This document shows, one piece after another, positions 1 to 12,769 of a stretch of DNA of 64,000 nucleotides (positions are counted from its first letter, which is position 1; the number at the start of each line of letters is the position of its first letter). Origin of the DNA: Perkinsus chesapeaki ATCC PRA-425 (taxonomy: Eukaryota > Protista > Perkinsozoa); the NCBI GenBank assembly GCA_013115145.1, contig JAAPAO010000029.1, positions 58,995 through 122,994 on the forward strand, written 5' to 3'. A model generated the notes under the pieces. That model worked only from the letters and a program-made list of their open reading frames with translations. It did no database searches and was not told the DNA's origin. The position numbers and the translations under genes were made by a program.

Positions 1-356
1 GTCGTGGGAACACGTTCTACAGATCTACAAACAGAAGAGAAGTTTTCTTAGAAAATCGTAATTAGTATACCAGGCATCAATAAATAGTTTATTTTAATAA
101 TGGTAACCAAGCCGTTCTCACCTGATGCCATTTCACAGATAAGGTTCCTGTGCCCCAATAGTAAGTTTTCTATTGCCTTTCACACTGGACATCTAGTTGT
201 CTTTGTGTAATTTGTCCCCCTCCAGGTTCTGATAATGAGATTGAAGCAGCTTTATATAAATACAACGGCGACCAGAATATGGCTGTAAATGAGTTGTTGA
301 ATCAACAGGAACAGAGACGATCGAACAGCCGCCATCAAAGTGGAAGTCGAAATTAG
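1..356 (+). CDS. 3' end of a multi-exon gene with a C-terminal UBA/CUE-like domain (5' part outside window)
   Basis: Spliced reading ...PFSPDAISQIRFLCPN / SDNEIEAALYKYNGDQNMAVNELLNQQEQRRSNSRHQSGSRN*, with donor gtaag near 174, acceptor tccag near 225 and TAG at 354-356. The EAALYKYNGDQNMAVNELL segment fits the UBA helix 2-3 pattern. Confidence 0.6.
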
Positions 357-462
357 TAGGTCCATCCGCCTCGTTGGCACCCCACAATGCGCGCTGTCTA
401 TTTTTTATGATTTTATATATGAACTCTAATGCATGTTAAAAATTTGAATTAATGCCTTTAAA

Positions 463-3400
463 ATGTTGCCTATAGATATTGGTGTCACAAAGGTCAATCC
501 GCTTTACCCATCGACAAACTCCGAGCCGTGCATCTGTGTCGTTGTTAGTTACCAGCAGGCCCCTCAAGTCGCTACCGGAAACAGCGCACCATTACAGGCT
601 ACAGTGGTGAGCTTCAAAATCCGCAAATCGGCGTGACCTGTGTTCTAGGTGCAACCGAGAGAAGTGACGAGAACGGCTCAGGTGCAGTGTGGATCTTGCC
701 ACCAAGTTTTGACGGTCCAGATGACAGCGATGCGTAAGAAGCTCTGCGTCTCTTTCCCGTAGGCCCCCCATATAATTTAGGTGACCAATCTGTGAAGGCT
801 CAGGCGACATGTCCGCATTGCCAGATGCTGAATGAGTTCATGATTCCCCCTGAGACGGTAAACTTTCGCCGAACGAAATCGAGTCGAACTATTATGGCCT
901 ATTTGGAGACACCGGAGACTATGGTGTAGAGTCACTAGAATTTCGTGCATAAATTGCTGGCGGATCGCGAACTGCGAGTCGCAATTTTCGTGGCATTTGT
1001 CAAATGTCTTCTTTTATGCGGTTTTCCTGGCTTATGATTTTAAAAACTGAGTTGATTTCATGTGTTCACTGGTTAAACCAGTTTGGTTTTATCCAGTGCC
1101 GCCGTTTGTATGCTTTCATCCTTCCAAATTGCGCGGACATCTGAATCCGTATCTCACTGTGTTGCAGTTGATTACGCTTACATCAGGTGCCAACGGCAAC
1201 AGCGATGCCTATGAGCGGCGGCGGTGGCCTGCCGCAGCAAGCTCCTCCACCGAGTATGCAAAGTCAGGCAATGTATGGGCTGCCGAGCACGATGCAAATG
1301 CAACAAACATCACAAGTCGGAATGCCAACACCGTCTCTTACTGGTACAGAGGGCAAAGTCACGCGCCAGGAAATTGTGTGTTTTAGGTGTACAGAGAGCT
1401 CTATTGATTGGTATTAATTATTACAACACACCGGCGCAGCTTTCGGGATGCATACCTGATGTAGGTTGGGAAAAATCTTCATAGTGCGAAAAGATTCGTG
1501 GTTCTCAAAGGATACGTGTGTGGCAATGTATGAAAGTCTCTTGGAAATGAATTGTATATGGCTTGCCGACAGCAAGTTGGCTCTTTTCGGGCGCGAATGC
1601 GAACATCCGCATGCACCACGTTGGTAATTACACCATATCGAACTGAATTGTCAGCTCTAATTTTCTTATCGGAAGATAGCGGCTTGCAGCGGCCTCTGCT
1701 GAATCGAGCAGCACTCGTGCTATTAAGGACTCTTGTTGTTTCTTTCTAGTGTATCCTGCACCGTATTTCGTATTATGATAATTTGTGTGTTTAACAGGCT
1801 CACAATATGTTCCGATTGCTTACTGAGACTTATCGGTGGAATCCTGGTGATATAAGAATGATGACAGATGATGGAAGGGCTGAGATGCCAACTAGTAGGT
1901 TCGGATTGGTTGGTCACGAATTTGATTTCCATCGGACTTTTGCAGCTTGTTAAGCTTGGTGTAAGTCTTGCAAATGGCGCGGTAGTTTTTGTCGATAGCG
2001 TTATCTCCTCAAATTTCCGAAGAACTTTGTTTGCAGCCCATCGCATTTAATTGCTTGCAGGAGCTAACATCATAGCGGCATTGCATTGGCTGGTGAGGGA
2101 TGCCAAGCCAGGTGATGTATTCTTCTTCCATTATTCTGGTCATGGATCCCAACAAGTAATAACCTATCTACCTTCGCTCCGCTAGGATTCTATCCTTCCA
2201 GACCGATCCTTATGGCTTGGAGGAGGATGGAATGAATGAGACGATCTTACCGTGTGATGTAAGTGATAACGCTTAAAGAATCATATTGTCTCTGGATGAA
2301 AATTTCCGGATCCGTATAAGCATGTGCGCGTGTCACATAGTAAATTGACGAACTCATCGGCATGCAGTGGCCCACTGCTAGTGGGATATCGCTATGTCAT
2401 TTGACTTATCTCATTTACTGCTAGAGTTTACATAGTTTACGCAGAAGAGCGGAGTCTTTATGCATTTTCGTATTTCACTCAGGTGCGTCAAGCAGGCATG
2501 ATTTCAGACGATGAAATATTTGCTATCTTGGTTGCACCTTTACCGAGTGGAGTCAGGCTGACAAGTGTTATGGACTGCTGTCATTCCGGAACAGGTACAG
2601 AACACTGGTGGCTTTTTGTTGCGTATGGTAGTTTTCAAAAGTAAGTTTCACTCTAATTCCTGGAACCTGCCAAAACTCACCGATTATTTTCTTGGGATAC
2701 ATGAGGGTCAGGTTTGGGGGCAGCACACAAAATTATCATGTTTCTGGGAAAAGCAGGTGTTTGACCGTCAAACTTTGAGAAGAATGTTTTATCGTGGGTA
2801 GTTTGACTCTGTTCAATCAGGCATGGATTTACCCTGGCGCTGGATTGAGAGAAGAGGCTGGAAAGAAGAGACGAATCCATGGCATTCACTCGGCGATGTG
2901 AGTTCGAAGTATCTTTGTACTCTGAGCTTCCTATTCGTATCACGCATTCATTGCTGCACATACCATCATTTCGTTACGCACGTGTTGTCCATTGTACACA
3001 GTCCATATGCCTTTCCAATAGGTTCAACTATTCAGTGGTTGTGATGATGCTGGTACATCAGCCGATGCCTCTGCAGGCAGCATGAGGGGAGGCGCAATGA
3101 CCACGGCATTTTGTAAGCCTCATGGTCGTTGTTCTTCCTTTTGTCCTGGAGGGGCAAATTTCCCTCAGAAGGCATCCGGGCATGGGCTACCCATGATGGG
3201 GTTTTTGAAATTCCCAGATACGCCCTCGACTCAAGGTCGTGTGTTGGTATTTTACTCGCGTCGAAATTGCGAGAATACACAGGATAACTTCTTATTCTTC
3301 TATGCAATAGATTACTGACATCTGTGGTTTATTGATCGACCCTCAGGTAACTCTATTCGGGCTAGCCCATACATAACTTATATCGATCTAATTCACCGTC

Positions 3401-3930
3401 TAAATGATGAGATGCGGAGGCATAGGATGGGACAGCGCCCGCAGCTGTCTAGCACGCAGGTCTTCCCAGTTACCAGGTGAGTTGCAATCCAACTTCTAGT
3501 TGTAGTTCAATGTGCGCCGCCGGCAACAGCCAGCCGCAGTGCCACTGTGTGAAATTTCCATTCTGGGGTAAATTCCCTGTTCGTTTTTACTCACTGAGTT
3601 TGTATTCTGGAAATAGTTGAACTAGTTCCAGAATACAAACTCAGTCTAGTTCCGTAGACTCTTCCGTCATCCCTTCCTTGCGGAGGCATGGCGCAAGTTA
3701 GAAACTGAAGAAATCGAGTTCCGATTTTTATTATTGCTGATGTTTTTGCGATCAGGCCGTTCAATCTCACCGACATCCTGCCGAATCAGAATCAGTATAT
3801 CGGCAGAATCGTTCGTAAACGATTCAAGCCCCGCAAGAACAAGAAGAAGATGCAAGGACTTGACGGCCTATTGCTACCACTTGCTGGAGGCATGCTAGCT
3901 GGTGCATTGCTAGGCTCGATATTTGACTAG
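463..3930 (+). CDS. MCA: Type I metacaspase (peptidase C14) with CxxC-CxxC zinc-finger and Pro/Gln-rich prodomain; about 12 exons
   Basis: Exons read QVQCGSCHQ..ATCPHCQ, a Q/P/M-rich linker, RALLIGINYY..LSGCIPD, PGDVFFFHYSGHGSQ (catalytic His), EEDGMNETILPCD, RLTSVMDCCHSGT (catalytic Cys), VQLFSGCDD..TSAD, GGAMTTAF and QRPQLSSTQ. All are flanked by GT-AG. Stop at 3928-3930; start codon tentative. Confidence 0.93.
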
Positions 3931-4599
3931 TATAAGCACAATAATCATTCGTGAGAAGTAAATTTTACCTCCTTTCTGTAGTTGATTGTGTGTAAGTTTC
4001 TCTAGTTGAAATAATTGAATGTTTGCTTGCTGATCTTGCGTTCGAGGACGGTCCAATAGCGGTGGGTGTTCTTCCATTGCAGGGAGACGGCTCTGCTGCG
4101 ATTTTGTACCAAAATAAATGCGCTCACACATTGTTTCAATAGGCTCATATTGTTTGAAATGGTGTACGCATTTTGATGAATTAAACTCTCGGCGATTCGC
4201 AGACCGCGATCTCTCTATCTTCTACGCAATGTCATTGCCTTTCTCACTCTTCCTCATTCATATAGCTTGCATGAAGTATTGGTGCACTGGTAGCGTATAG
4301 CGATGCTCGTCAGATGGAAGAACAGCCGCTCAGTCACTAGGATTTCGGGTGCCATGTGTTAGTCGACTTTCGGCCCAGCAGGCTTGAAGCGTTGAATGCC
4401 TATGTCATCAAGCGATGAAGCCATCCGGGGGCGCAGCCGCCATTCCTGAGTAGGAAGAGAACCCTTCCAAATCCCCGAGGATGAAGCTACAGAGGGAGCC
4501 TTAGAGCCTCTGACTCCAAGGATACTGCTAAGAGCAAGGCGTCAGACCCACAAAACCAGCATCTGGCTCCAAACTCAACCGTCAACTTGATGGCATCAA

Positions 4600-5750
4600 G
4601 GCCATCGATTTCAGGCAGAATGGTATGAGGGAAACCCTTGGCTGGAAACTCCAGCCTGGAGTGGAGCCGACTCGGCTCGGCTGAAGCTTGAATCGTATAA
4701 TCTTTGACACAGATTCTGTGATTCTGTGTTGCCTGTTGGGTTTTACCTTCGTACGAGCCAAGGTTACTCACAGCCAGTGCTTCATACAGAATAACAGGGG
4801 GTTATTCACGCGCTTAGGGGGTGGCTGGGGGTGTCCACTGGAGCCAGCGGCTTTGCTCGATAGCAGACGAGTCAACCGTGAAAGGAGTCACTGGAAGTTA
4901 CTTGTGTGTTATGGTTCGCCACTTAGACCCTGACAGTGTCAGGCTGACACAGCAGAACCGAAGGAGTCCTTGGTGGACGTCAAACAAGTTAAAACCGATG
5001 GTGAATCTATCTTCAATGCTATCAGTCTTTCCTGGAGAAGCGCGCTATCTACATTGTGTGGGTTAACACCTTGTCATTCGATGGTGGTGCAAATTCTTCT
5101 GGAGTGAACCGTGGTGTCCGGGCTCACTTTACTGAGAGTGTCCTATACTGTCACTGCAGAGTTCATGCTCTTGCCCTTTGTATGAAGTTCGCGGCGTCGC
5201 AATTATGTCCGAAGGTTACTGCCTATCTGGATTTCTGTGGATCATTATATGACTATTTCTCAAGGTCAAATGCGAAGTCAGTGGCCTAAGGAGGTGCACG
5301 GTCGGAGGTCAGCTGCGGAACTCGAGGCCCGGATGACTGTGAGGTGGAAGGAGAGAAGACTAAGACTCGTGCGATAGCTCTCAAGCTGCTCAGACCTAGC
5401 AAGAGCAAGAGTGGACCATACAAGGCTTGTCAAATCTCAAGAAGAGAGTCCAGAAGATAGCCGACCACAAAGCATCTCCCGGCGGCGTTGCAGCCATGGA
5501 AAATACTATACTGTTGGTCATACTACGTGTTGACCAACGGTGATTAAGAGTAACTCGACAATTGTCAAGGTGTCATGGTATTGCTCAAGGTAAAGCAAGC
5601 GTATCACATGATGACCCTCTAATGGCATTTGATGAAATTGATAGCCGGGACCAAGTGAAAAAACTGGCGAGTAGCCTTGCCGCGAACCTCAGAAAGGCAG
5701 AAGTGTTCGTTACATCAAAGTGTAATCAGGTAGGAGGCTCGTAACTATAC
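4600..5750 (+). pseudogene. Degraded hAT-superfamily transposase (TTF-type N-terminus plus DUF4371/ZMYM1-like core)
   Basis: Fragments in shifting frames: RFQAEWYEGNPWLE (TTF-like), SIADESTVKG..YLCVMVRHLD (first catalytic Asp region), SFDGGANSSGVNRGV (second Asp) and YCHCRVHALAL (CxxH motif). Multiple stops and frameshifts; no terminal inverted repeats found. Confidence 0.8.
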
Positions 5751-6570
5751 GCTTAGATCACATGACGAACATATAGGCAAACCATTTCGGCATGGCACCG
5801 CTCCGAAAAGCGATAGACGAAGAAGTCCAAGAAGCGCCCCTGTTCTTCTTTTCTTATTCTGCTGTGGTCCATTTACTCGCATTTCATACTCACTCTATGG
5901 TTGCTTGTTTCCTGGTATGCCCCGTGTGTAATTGGGCTAATAAATAGTGTACTAAAAATAGTATACTATGAGTATTAAATGTATCACCCGTTCGCGGAGT
6001 CTGGGCTCCACACGTCTCGTGGCACGCGATAACTTTAGATGCAGGTTACTGTAACACGGCAACGGTGTAAATTGGTCGTTCATCAGGCATTGTTATTATA
6101 ATGTTACATCTCCCCAGAGGAAACCTCCGCAAGTTGGCTTTACAGGCAGCTTTCGACTCTTATAGGTAGGTCACTCGAGAGTTCTTCTTTCATTTCCTAT
6201 ATTCTAGAAGGTTTGCTGAGTATGAACAATGAATGCTAAACAACAGTAAATTCAAGGCAGTTTCGACTGACGCCCCTCAAATTCCTCCTAGGTTTCAACA
6301 TATCGCAAGCTAGAATCGGGCTCCTACTCTAATGGCACAATTTTGAGGCAATCATTTCCGTTCAACGATGAAGATCTCTATAGCGTCATTTTGTATTTTT
6401 TCGAATTCAGGAAGGGCTCTCCCCGCTCGGAATTTGTTGTTATCACATTTTTCAGGGCGGTCGGCGGTCGCCTTCTCACGAGGAGCTTCAGTTCTAAACC
6501 CGTCCCACCGGTCCCTTTCACGATATTCGGTGGCGACTCTATGATGATGGTTACCCCACATTTAGTAAGT
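5720..6570 (-). CDS. Probable hypothetical multi-exon gene
   Basis: Exon-like frames with splice signals, e.g. RIRKEEQGRFLDFFVYRFSERCHAEM and EYRERDRWDGF..LPEFEKIQNDAIEIF. No family recognised. Confidence 0.3.
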
Positions 6571-8710
6571 TGGAATCCATATATCGAATCATGTTGTGAG
6601 TTGCGCAGTTTTCCCGGTTGCTGCTGTATTTCATTTCGACTGCGAAGCCGTGAACTCTACAGCCTCGTTGGTCAGTTGAGAATACGTTCGATAATTTCTT
6701 GGTACTTGGAAATGAATCCACAGAAATCCCGGGAATCTTAATATGGCTGAAAAATTTTGCAAATGGCGAGAAGCGGAGCCCGTGGCATGCTTTCCGGTTA
6801 TTGGTTTGTCTTTCTCAGGCGGAGGTGGTTAATAACGGTCTTGAGGTTCAAGTTGTCAAGCCCGGTAACGTTACATTCTATTTTATGAAAAGGACTAGTC
6901 CAGAGGACAAGACAGCCCCCGATGCCAAACGTAATTTACATAGTTAGTTCCATAGCCACACGGTTTTTACCCTCATAAAGCACGATTTGGTTTTCTATAC
7001 AGAACTGGTGACTTACCTCTTCCTAGCGGCACGTGCCTCTGCAGCGTTGGACCGTACTTAACCGGACGCTATAGTAGATTAGCTTTTTTCAGCTGGAATA
7101 ATCGAGAATGATTTTCGAGAAATCGCTCAGGATCCGAGACTCTCCTACTGTGCTGAATTGCTATGAGAACTGTGACCTAATGCCTCCTTAGGATACGACA
7201 AGAACACTCTGGTGAGTCAAACTCTCCGAACTGGAGAAATCGGTGAACTCATTCGGAATGCTTGCGAGGATGTAAAAATCAAGGACAAATGGCAGCCTCA
7301 GGTAAGCCGCTCATCTGTATGGCATTCACTATAATTAACACTGTGGTAAGGCTGAAGGCACCTCCGTCCTATGAATTACGAACTCGCTCGTTGCCGTTAT
7401 ATTATTTCTCATGCACTTTTCTGTTTGATAGTTTTTTCCACATTTTATTCCCACTCAAAATTCCATTGATTTTGGTCGTTTCTGGAAACCTTGGCAGTTT
7501 CGGTGAGACTGAGGATCGGTATCAGTCGTTTAGCGCTGCCTTGTAAACACGGTTATTAATCTGAATCAGGAAGTTTGAGCTCGATTTCATCATTGTTTGG
7601 ATTTCAGAATTCACTGTCGATTGAAAAAGGTATGAGTGAGACGCACGAGAATGAGGAGGTCAGGAAATTCACTATTAATAAGGTAAGAATCACGAGAAGT
7701 GCTAATTTCAAATCACTGATTATAATTGAGCTCTCAATATTTTATATATCATTCATTAAATGATATACAGGGACAGAATTTGCGTGATTTGGGGACAGTT
7801 TTTTGTGCAACTACTACCTGCTCAGGATGATTCTAGCCAGACTGTCTCGTGTACAGTAGAGGAAATGGTCGCACTGCAAAAGATGCTAGAGGTGGTATCT
7901 TAGAGGTCGCATTGTGTTAAGCGTATCTTTGTTATTCAGGCCGTTATTCCCAGCCTCCACGGTTGGAATCTTATCCTCGACACGGCCGAGTAGCGCTGAC
8001 CGATTATTGTTGTTTGATTATTATATGATATTCAAAGAGGGGAGATGCATTTCATTTTCACCATTTTGAGTTTAGCGACGTTCTCGTTTTGAAGTTGTTG
8101 CGGCGGCGGCGGCTGCCTGTTGATAACACAATGAAATGCACGCGTGTGGTTGCCTATACTTCGGCGTGTAATTGGGACTTCGAATCTGAGGCTGCTTTGT
8201 CAGCATTAGTGAATGGTGTTCGGTGACAGATGCGTAGTAAGTGGCAGGCTTAGCTGAGTCAGCAGCTCGACAGACTATCCAATACAGTATTGGAGTCAGA
8301 TTAAGCCACTAGATAGTATCATATTATACTTCAGTGTGGCTCGGAATGGAGTTATCGGAGGGGAGGCACATTGTTGATTTAATGGAATCAACACGTTTCT
8401 GAGATAACTGCCTCCGAAGCGTACACTTGATCTAAAACCTCTATGGCGGTATCAAATTGCTGGTCTCAATAATTGATAGGAATTTGCCTCTTTTTGCTAT
8501 ATTGCTTTTTGCCTCCTGAACTATGTAATACTCTACCAATATTTCCACCATTGCGCGTATACTTGTTATGAGTAATATTGCAAGCTGCTCGACTCTTAAA
8601 TGGTTTCGAGTAGCAAAGTGCGAACTCATTGGGACGTAGTTATTTACTGTAGCATTCGTCGCATTATGATGTAAGGCTCTGTTTTGCAGTAAGTTGTTTC
8701 AGTTTTAATA

Positions 8711-11700
8711 ATGAAACGGATTTTTAGAAATAGTATGATATGGGGTAACGGCAGTACAGACCGTTCCTCTCCCGAGGGGCCGGACGATGATGACGAGGGC
8801 GGCCCGGGGGTGGAAAGCGACCCGATCGCCCCGCTCTTTACGAGGGAAAATGGGACCTGGCCGAAGTGCTTGAGGGAGATGGATGAAGGGGAAAGTAAGG
8901 ACTTTTGTGTGGAAGTATCTTTTACAAGTGTGCAGGTATGGGGTCGAGCTCAAGTCGAATGATAGTGTCATCTTATACGTCTGTGAATCCTCTGGGTTTT
9001 CATAACAATGAGGATCGTACTATGTACTATCAGGAGACACTGAAAATTAAGGGGATATCTCAAGATATATATGTAAGAATTATTCTGGGGAAGATAGTCG
9101 CTAGTAGATCATAGGAGAGAAACGTTTGAAAGGTATTTGATGCTTATTATTTCACTTGAAACTATTCTCTTGCTATTTTGTTTCGAATTATTATATTATA
9201 ATATCCCTCATTATTATATTATAATATCCCTCATTATTATATTATAATATCCCTCATTATTATATTATAATATCCCTCATTATTANNNNNNNNNNNNNNN
9301 NNNNNNNNNNNNNNNNNNNNNNNNNNNNNNNNNNNNNNNNNNNNNNNNNNNNNNNNNNNNNNNNNNNNNNNNNNNNNNNNNNTTATATTATAACGTTTTA
9401 TCATAACATCACTGACCTGAAAACTTCGAGCAGCATTTATACAGCATTTGTATATCATGTATTATCTAACACCGAGTTCGATTAGTCCTTCATCATCATC
9501 CTCTCCTCCTCAGGTTTTCGGAGCTCTCGATGGCCATGACGGTACGACAGCGTGCGAGCTAGTGGCTGCAGATTTCCCTGGTCGATGGATCAACGGTGCT
9601 GTTGACGGCGGGAAGTTTGATGTTTCTGTAAGAACCATTGCCGGGGGGTTGCCGATTTTTCTGGGACTGATTTTCGGTAGCTCTCGCAAGTGGTTTGAGT
9701 CAGTGTCTCTGGTGTAGGAAGTATTAGGCGAGCGCGATCGTTGAGGGACCGAGTCGTCTAATCTGAAAATCCAAGAAGTGTTTTTATATAATGAAAAGCA
9801 TAGAGTCGCCATGGAATGGATGAGGCCTTGTTTGCCTTTACTTGGTTATTCTTTAACGCAGTGGCTTTGTTGTTGTTTTCCAGATCGTAGACTCCGCGGC
9901 GTCGGGGCTTAAGCACTGCGAGCAAGTATTGCAAACGTCAAACTGCAGCGCGGGAGTGTGTGTATTGGGCAACTTGCTAATAGGAAGGTACTGCGGATTG
10001 AACTAGGGTGCTTTGCATGAAAGGATGGCGCCTCGTCCTGTTCAGGTATTTGTACTGCGCAAATCTCGGTGATTGCCGAGCTGCCTGGATACCCCTCCGG
10101 TTTCACGGACCAAACTGCGACCTCAACAGATCGGAGGACATCATTTCCGATGGCGGGATAATCTGGACCAGGTTAGACGGGCAAATCGATCGTCCGATCG
10201 ATTTCGCTGAGCTCAGTCGTGATATGAAGGCGACAGCGCCCTACGAACAGAGACGGATTTCCAACGCGGGTGGACGAGTCACCGATGGCCGCGTGGCTGG
10301 TGTGCTTGAGCCGAGGTGAGAGTCTTCCTATATGGAACTGGGGTGTTAGAATATGTTCACATGAAGAGGGAGAAAAATATCTATTTTGAAATGGAATCGC
10401 ATAGCCTATTCGGAATAGGAAGTAGCATCTAAAGTCCTGGCGGTTTTTACCTGGTATCGGCGGGCACCTAGGGGGTACTGCAAGCTTGAGTCGATTGGAA
10501 TCTTAGCTCGCCGAGTTCGTCTGCTGAGTTATATTCGTGTCTTGGCTCAGTCGTACAGTCGGCGATTTTGATGTTAAGATGCGCTTGCCTCCAGATGTTA
10601 TTAGTGTTACGCCAGAGGTAGGCCGGAAGCTCGACAACGGTGCTGCAGTGTTGCTCAGGTGCGATGCGTTGATTTGTTAAAGGCTGCGAGAGGTGATGAT
10701 GATAGTGGATTGGATGATATTAAGAAATATGGAGGATTCGGGCTCTTAATGAGCGCCACAGATGGTGGGTCTATAAGAACTCGCTTCTGCGTCTGGAAAT
10801 GCTTTCTCATTCTCGTGTAGTAGCGACCACTTTGTGAATTATTGTACTGGTCGAAACAGTCGGTATGGCATGTAGATCTATGAATGGGCAACTGGTGTAG
10901 ATCTCAGAAAGTAGCAGATTGAATGGTAGAGTAGAATCAAGTTCAAGAGTAGCGACTAAGCTACAGTAAGGCTACTGCTTTATGGTTTCATTATTTCTTC
11001 ATCCTTTATTATTTTCCATTTCTTTATGCTCGTGAGGTTCATTGCTTCCCGCTAGTATCCTTGTAGGTGGTTGGTTCTTAATAAACATGTCGCCAGGATT
11101 ACACCTTTGTTTGTTTTTCCGCTTTCTTTGGAATGGATTTCCGAGTCCCATCCCGTTTATTATATGATAAAATCTACATTAGCACCGCTGCAAGGGGCAC
11201 TCGAGATTCTCGAGCAGAACATTTATAGCACATAGAGAGCTAGCGAGAGCGCAGCAAGCTCTCATCGGTAACACCCTTCAGGAGGAGATAATCTTCGGTC
11301 GGGCTGGGATACATTCAATTGACTAGAAATTGCTCGAATGTGTTCTGCAAAGTTGTTCTACGTTGGACTAGGAACGCCACGTTTCATCTCGGGCACCATT
11401 TAGTAGTATTGGAGAATTACCTCTGACTTCGTCTCAGGCATTTGGGATGGGTGTGGCCGACGTGCTATTCGTCGAGCGGTTAATGAACACCGTACTGATT
11501 TGTATCGATCAATGAGATCGTTTTATGAGAAACAGAAGTCCGGGAAAACGGACATGCAACAATGCAAAAGGACGCTCGAGTTTATAGGGAAGAGGTAATT
11601 ATAAACCTGGGGCATGTACCGGTATGGTGGTACATTAATGAATCGTCTTCTTCCCGAAATGGAAAATTCAGATATTTTTCGAAAGTATGGTTGTTAACGA

Positions 11701-12058
11701 GCTCTTCATCTTCTTGAGTGCAGCGTTGACCTGTGGTTCGTGCACTTATTCATAACTGAGCTTCGCGATGAGAGCAGGTCTATGGATTAATTAGGATTTG
11801 TAGTTCAAAACATTGCTTTTCCGGTGTCTCGACGCCTTCCCTCGATGGGTAGCGCCTCCAGGACCGGACTACAGGGAGAGGCTTTTGGATCTACTACCTT
11901 CGTAATCACTCTCTTCGCTCAGGATGGTGGAGATAGCTCGGCATGCTGGATCAGCGGATGACTGTACCTGCCAAATTGCCCTCATATTCGTCCCATCCGA
12001 CTCCGCCGCCGCCTCGGACTCGGCCTCATCATCTGTCCATCCGGATGATTCTGATTGA
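8711..12058 (+). CDS. PP2C/PPM-family protein phosphatase (multi-exon, spans an assembly gap)
   Basis: Exons VFGALDGHDG, YLYCANLGDCRAAW, ELSRD..EQRRISNAGGRVTDGRVAGVLEP, RTVGDFDVK, GIWD and GSADDCTC reproduce the PPM metal-binding motifs in order. Stop TGA at 12056-12058. Confidence 0.9.
9189..9285. repeat. 23-bp AT-rich tandem repeat (ttattatattataatatccctca, about 4 copies) in a PP2C intron
   Basis: Directly visible; the array runs into the N gap. Confidence 0.9.
9286..9382. other. Assembly gap (97 N)
   Basis: Run of N bases. Confidence 0.99.
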
Positions 12059-12769
12059 ATGTAGTGCGGGCTGGGCAAGTGATAATCTTCTTGGGCGTAG
12101 GATACATCGGTAACTTGTTTATTGAGTCACCACGGAAAAAGTGACATCCCATTGTCTATCACATGTTCTCTAAGAGACTGTCAAAATATTGCAGTCCAAG
12201 GCTTTTCCCCTATGTAGCACCTGTGACTGTTTGTGTGGGATTCTTACTAAAGTAACATTTGTGAGGGTTGAAGTACTCTGTCTTTCTTGTCAGGAGTTTG
12301 CTTAGCGAATTGTGAAGGCGATGATGGCGTTGCTGTGTTGTTGTTATTATTCCATCACTATAAGACTGTTGTTATCACCGAGTGTACTTCTAATATTTTT
12401 GCTAAATCCTATTTTCTTGAGTTCCGTCTAACCATCGGGAGTGTTGGGGTTTCTGCCGACTTTACAGAGCTATCACATTTCCCAAAGAACAGTCAATGCT
12501 CGGATACGGAGAGAATTTGTTCGACCTTCGGGGAATCTTCTGACATAGTTGAGCTTACCGGATGGAAATGCGGGAGTACAGTTCGTGTCACATTTCTCCT
12601 ACGTTTCCGATAATTCATGGTGTTGGAAAAACTTTCCATCTAACGCAAATTTCGCGGAAGTTTCCTGGGGAATCCCGCCGTTTTGCGCCGTTTCTCGTGC
12701 GCAGTTTCAAACACCCTAGGATAATCAACAAAAGCCATACCAAAGTAGGCTGAGCATTGCTGAAGGCTC

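Noticed and set aside
4380-4771. Minus-strand ORF 4487-4771 with an apparent short last exon
   Set aside because: It is antisense to recognisable hAT transposase remnants, which explain the region better.
6740-7310. Cluster of plus-strand micro-exon-like segments (AEVVNNGLEVQVVKPG, superficially FKBP-like)
   Set aside because: I could not assemble a consistent frame, and downstream FKBP motifs are missing.
9189-9285. Tandem 23-bp repeats as a CRISPR-like array
   Set aside because: Head-to-tail repeats with no spacers in a eukaryotic intron; an ordinary minisatellite next to a gap.
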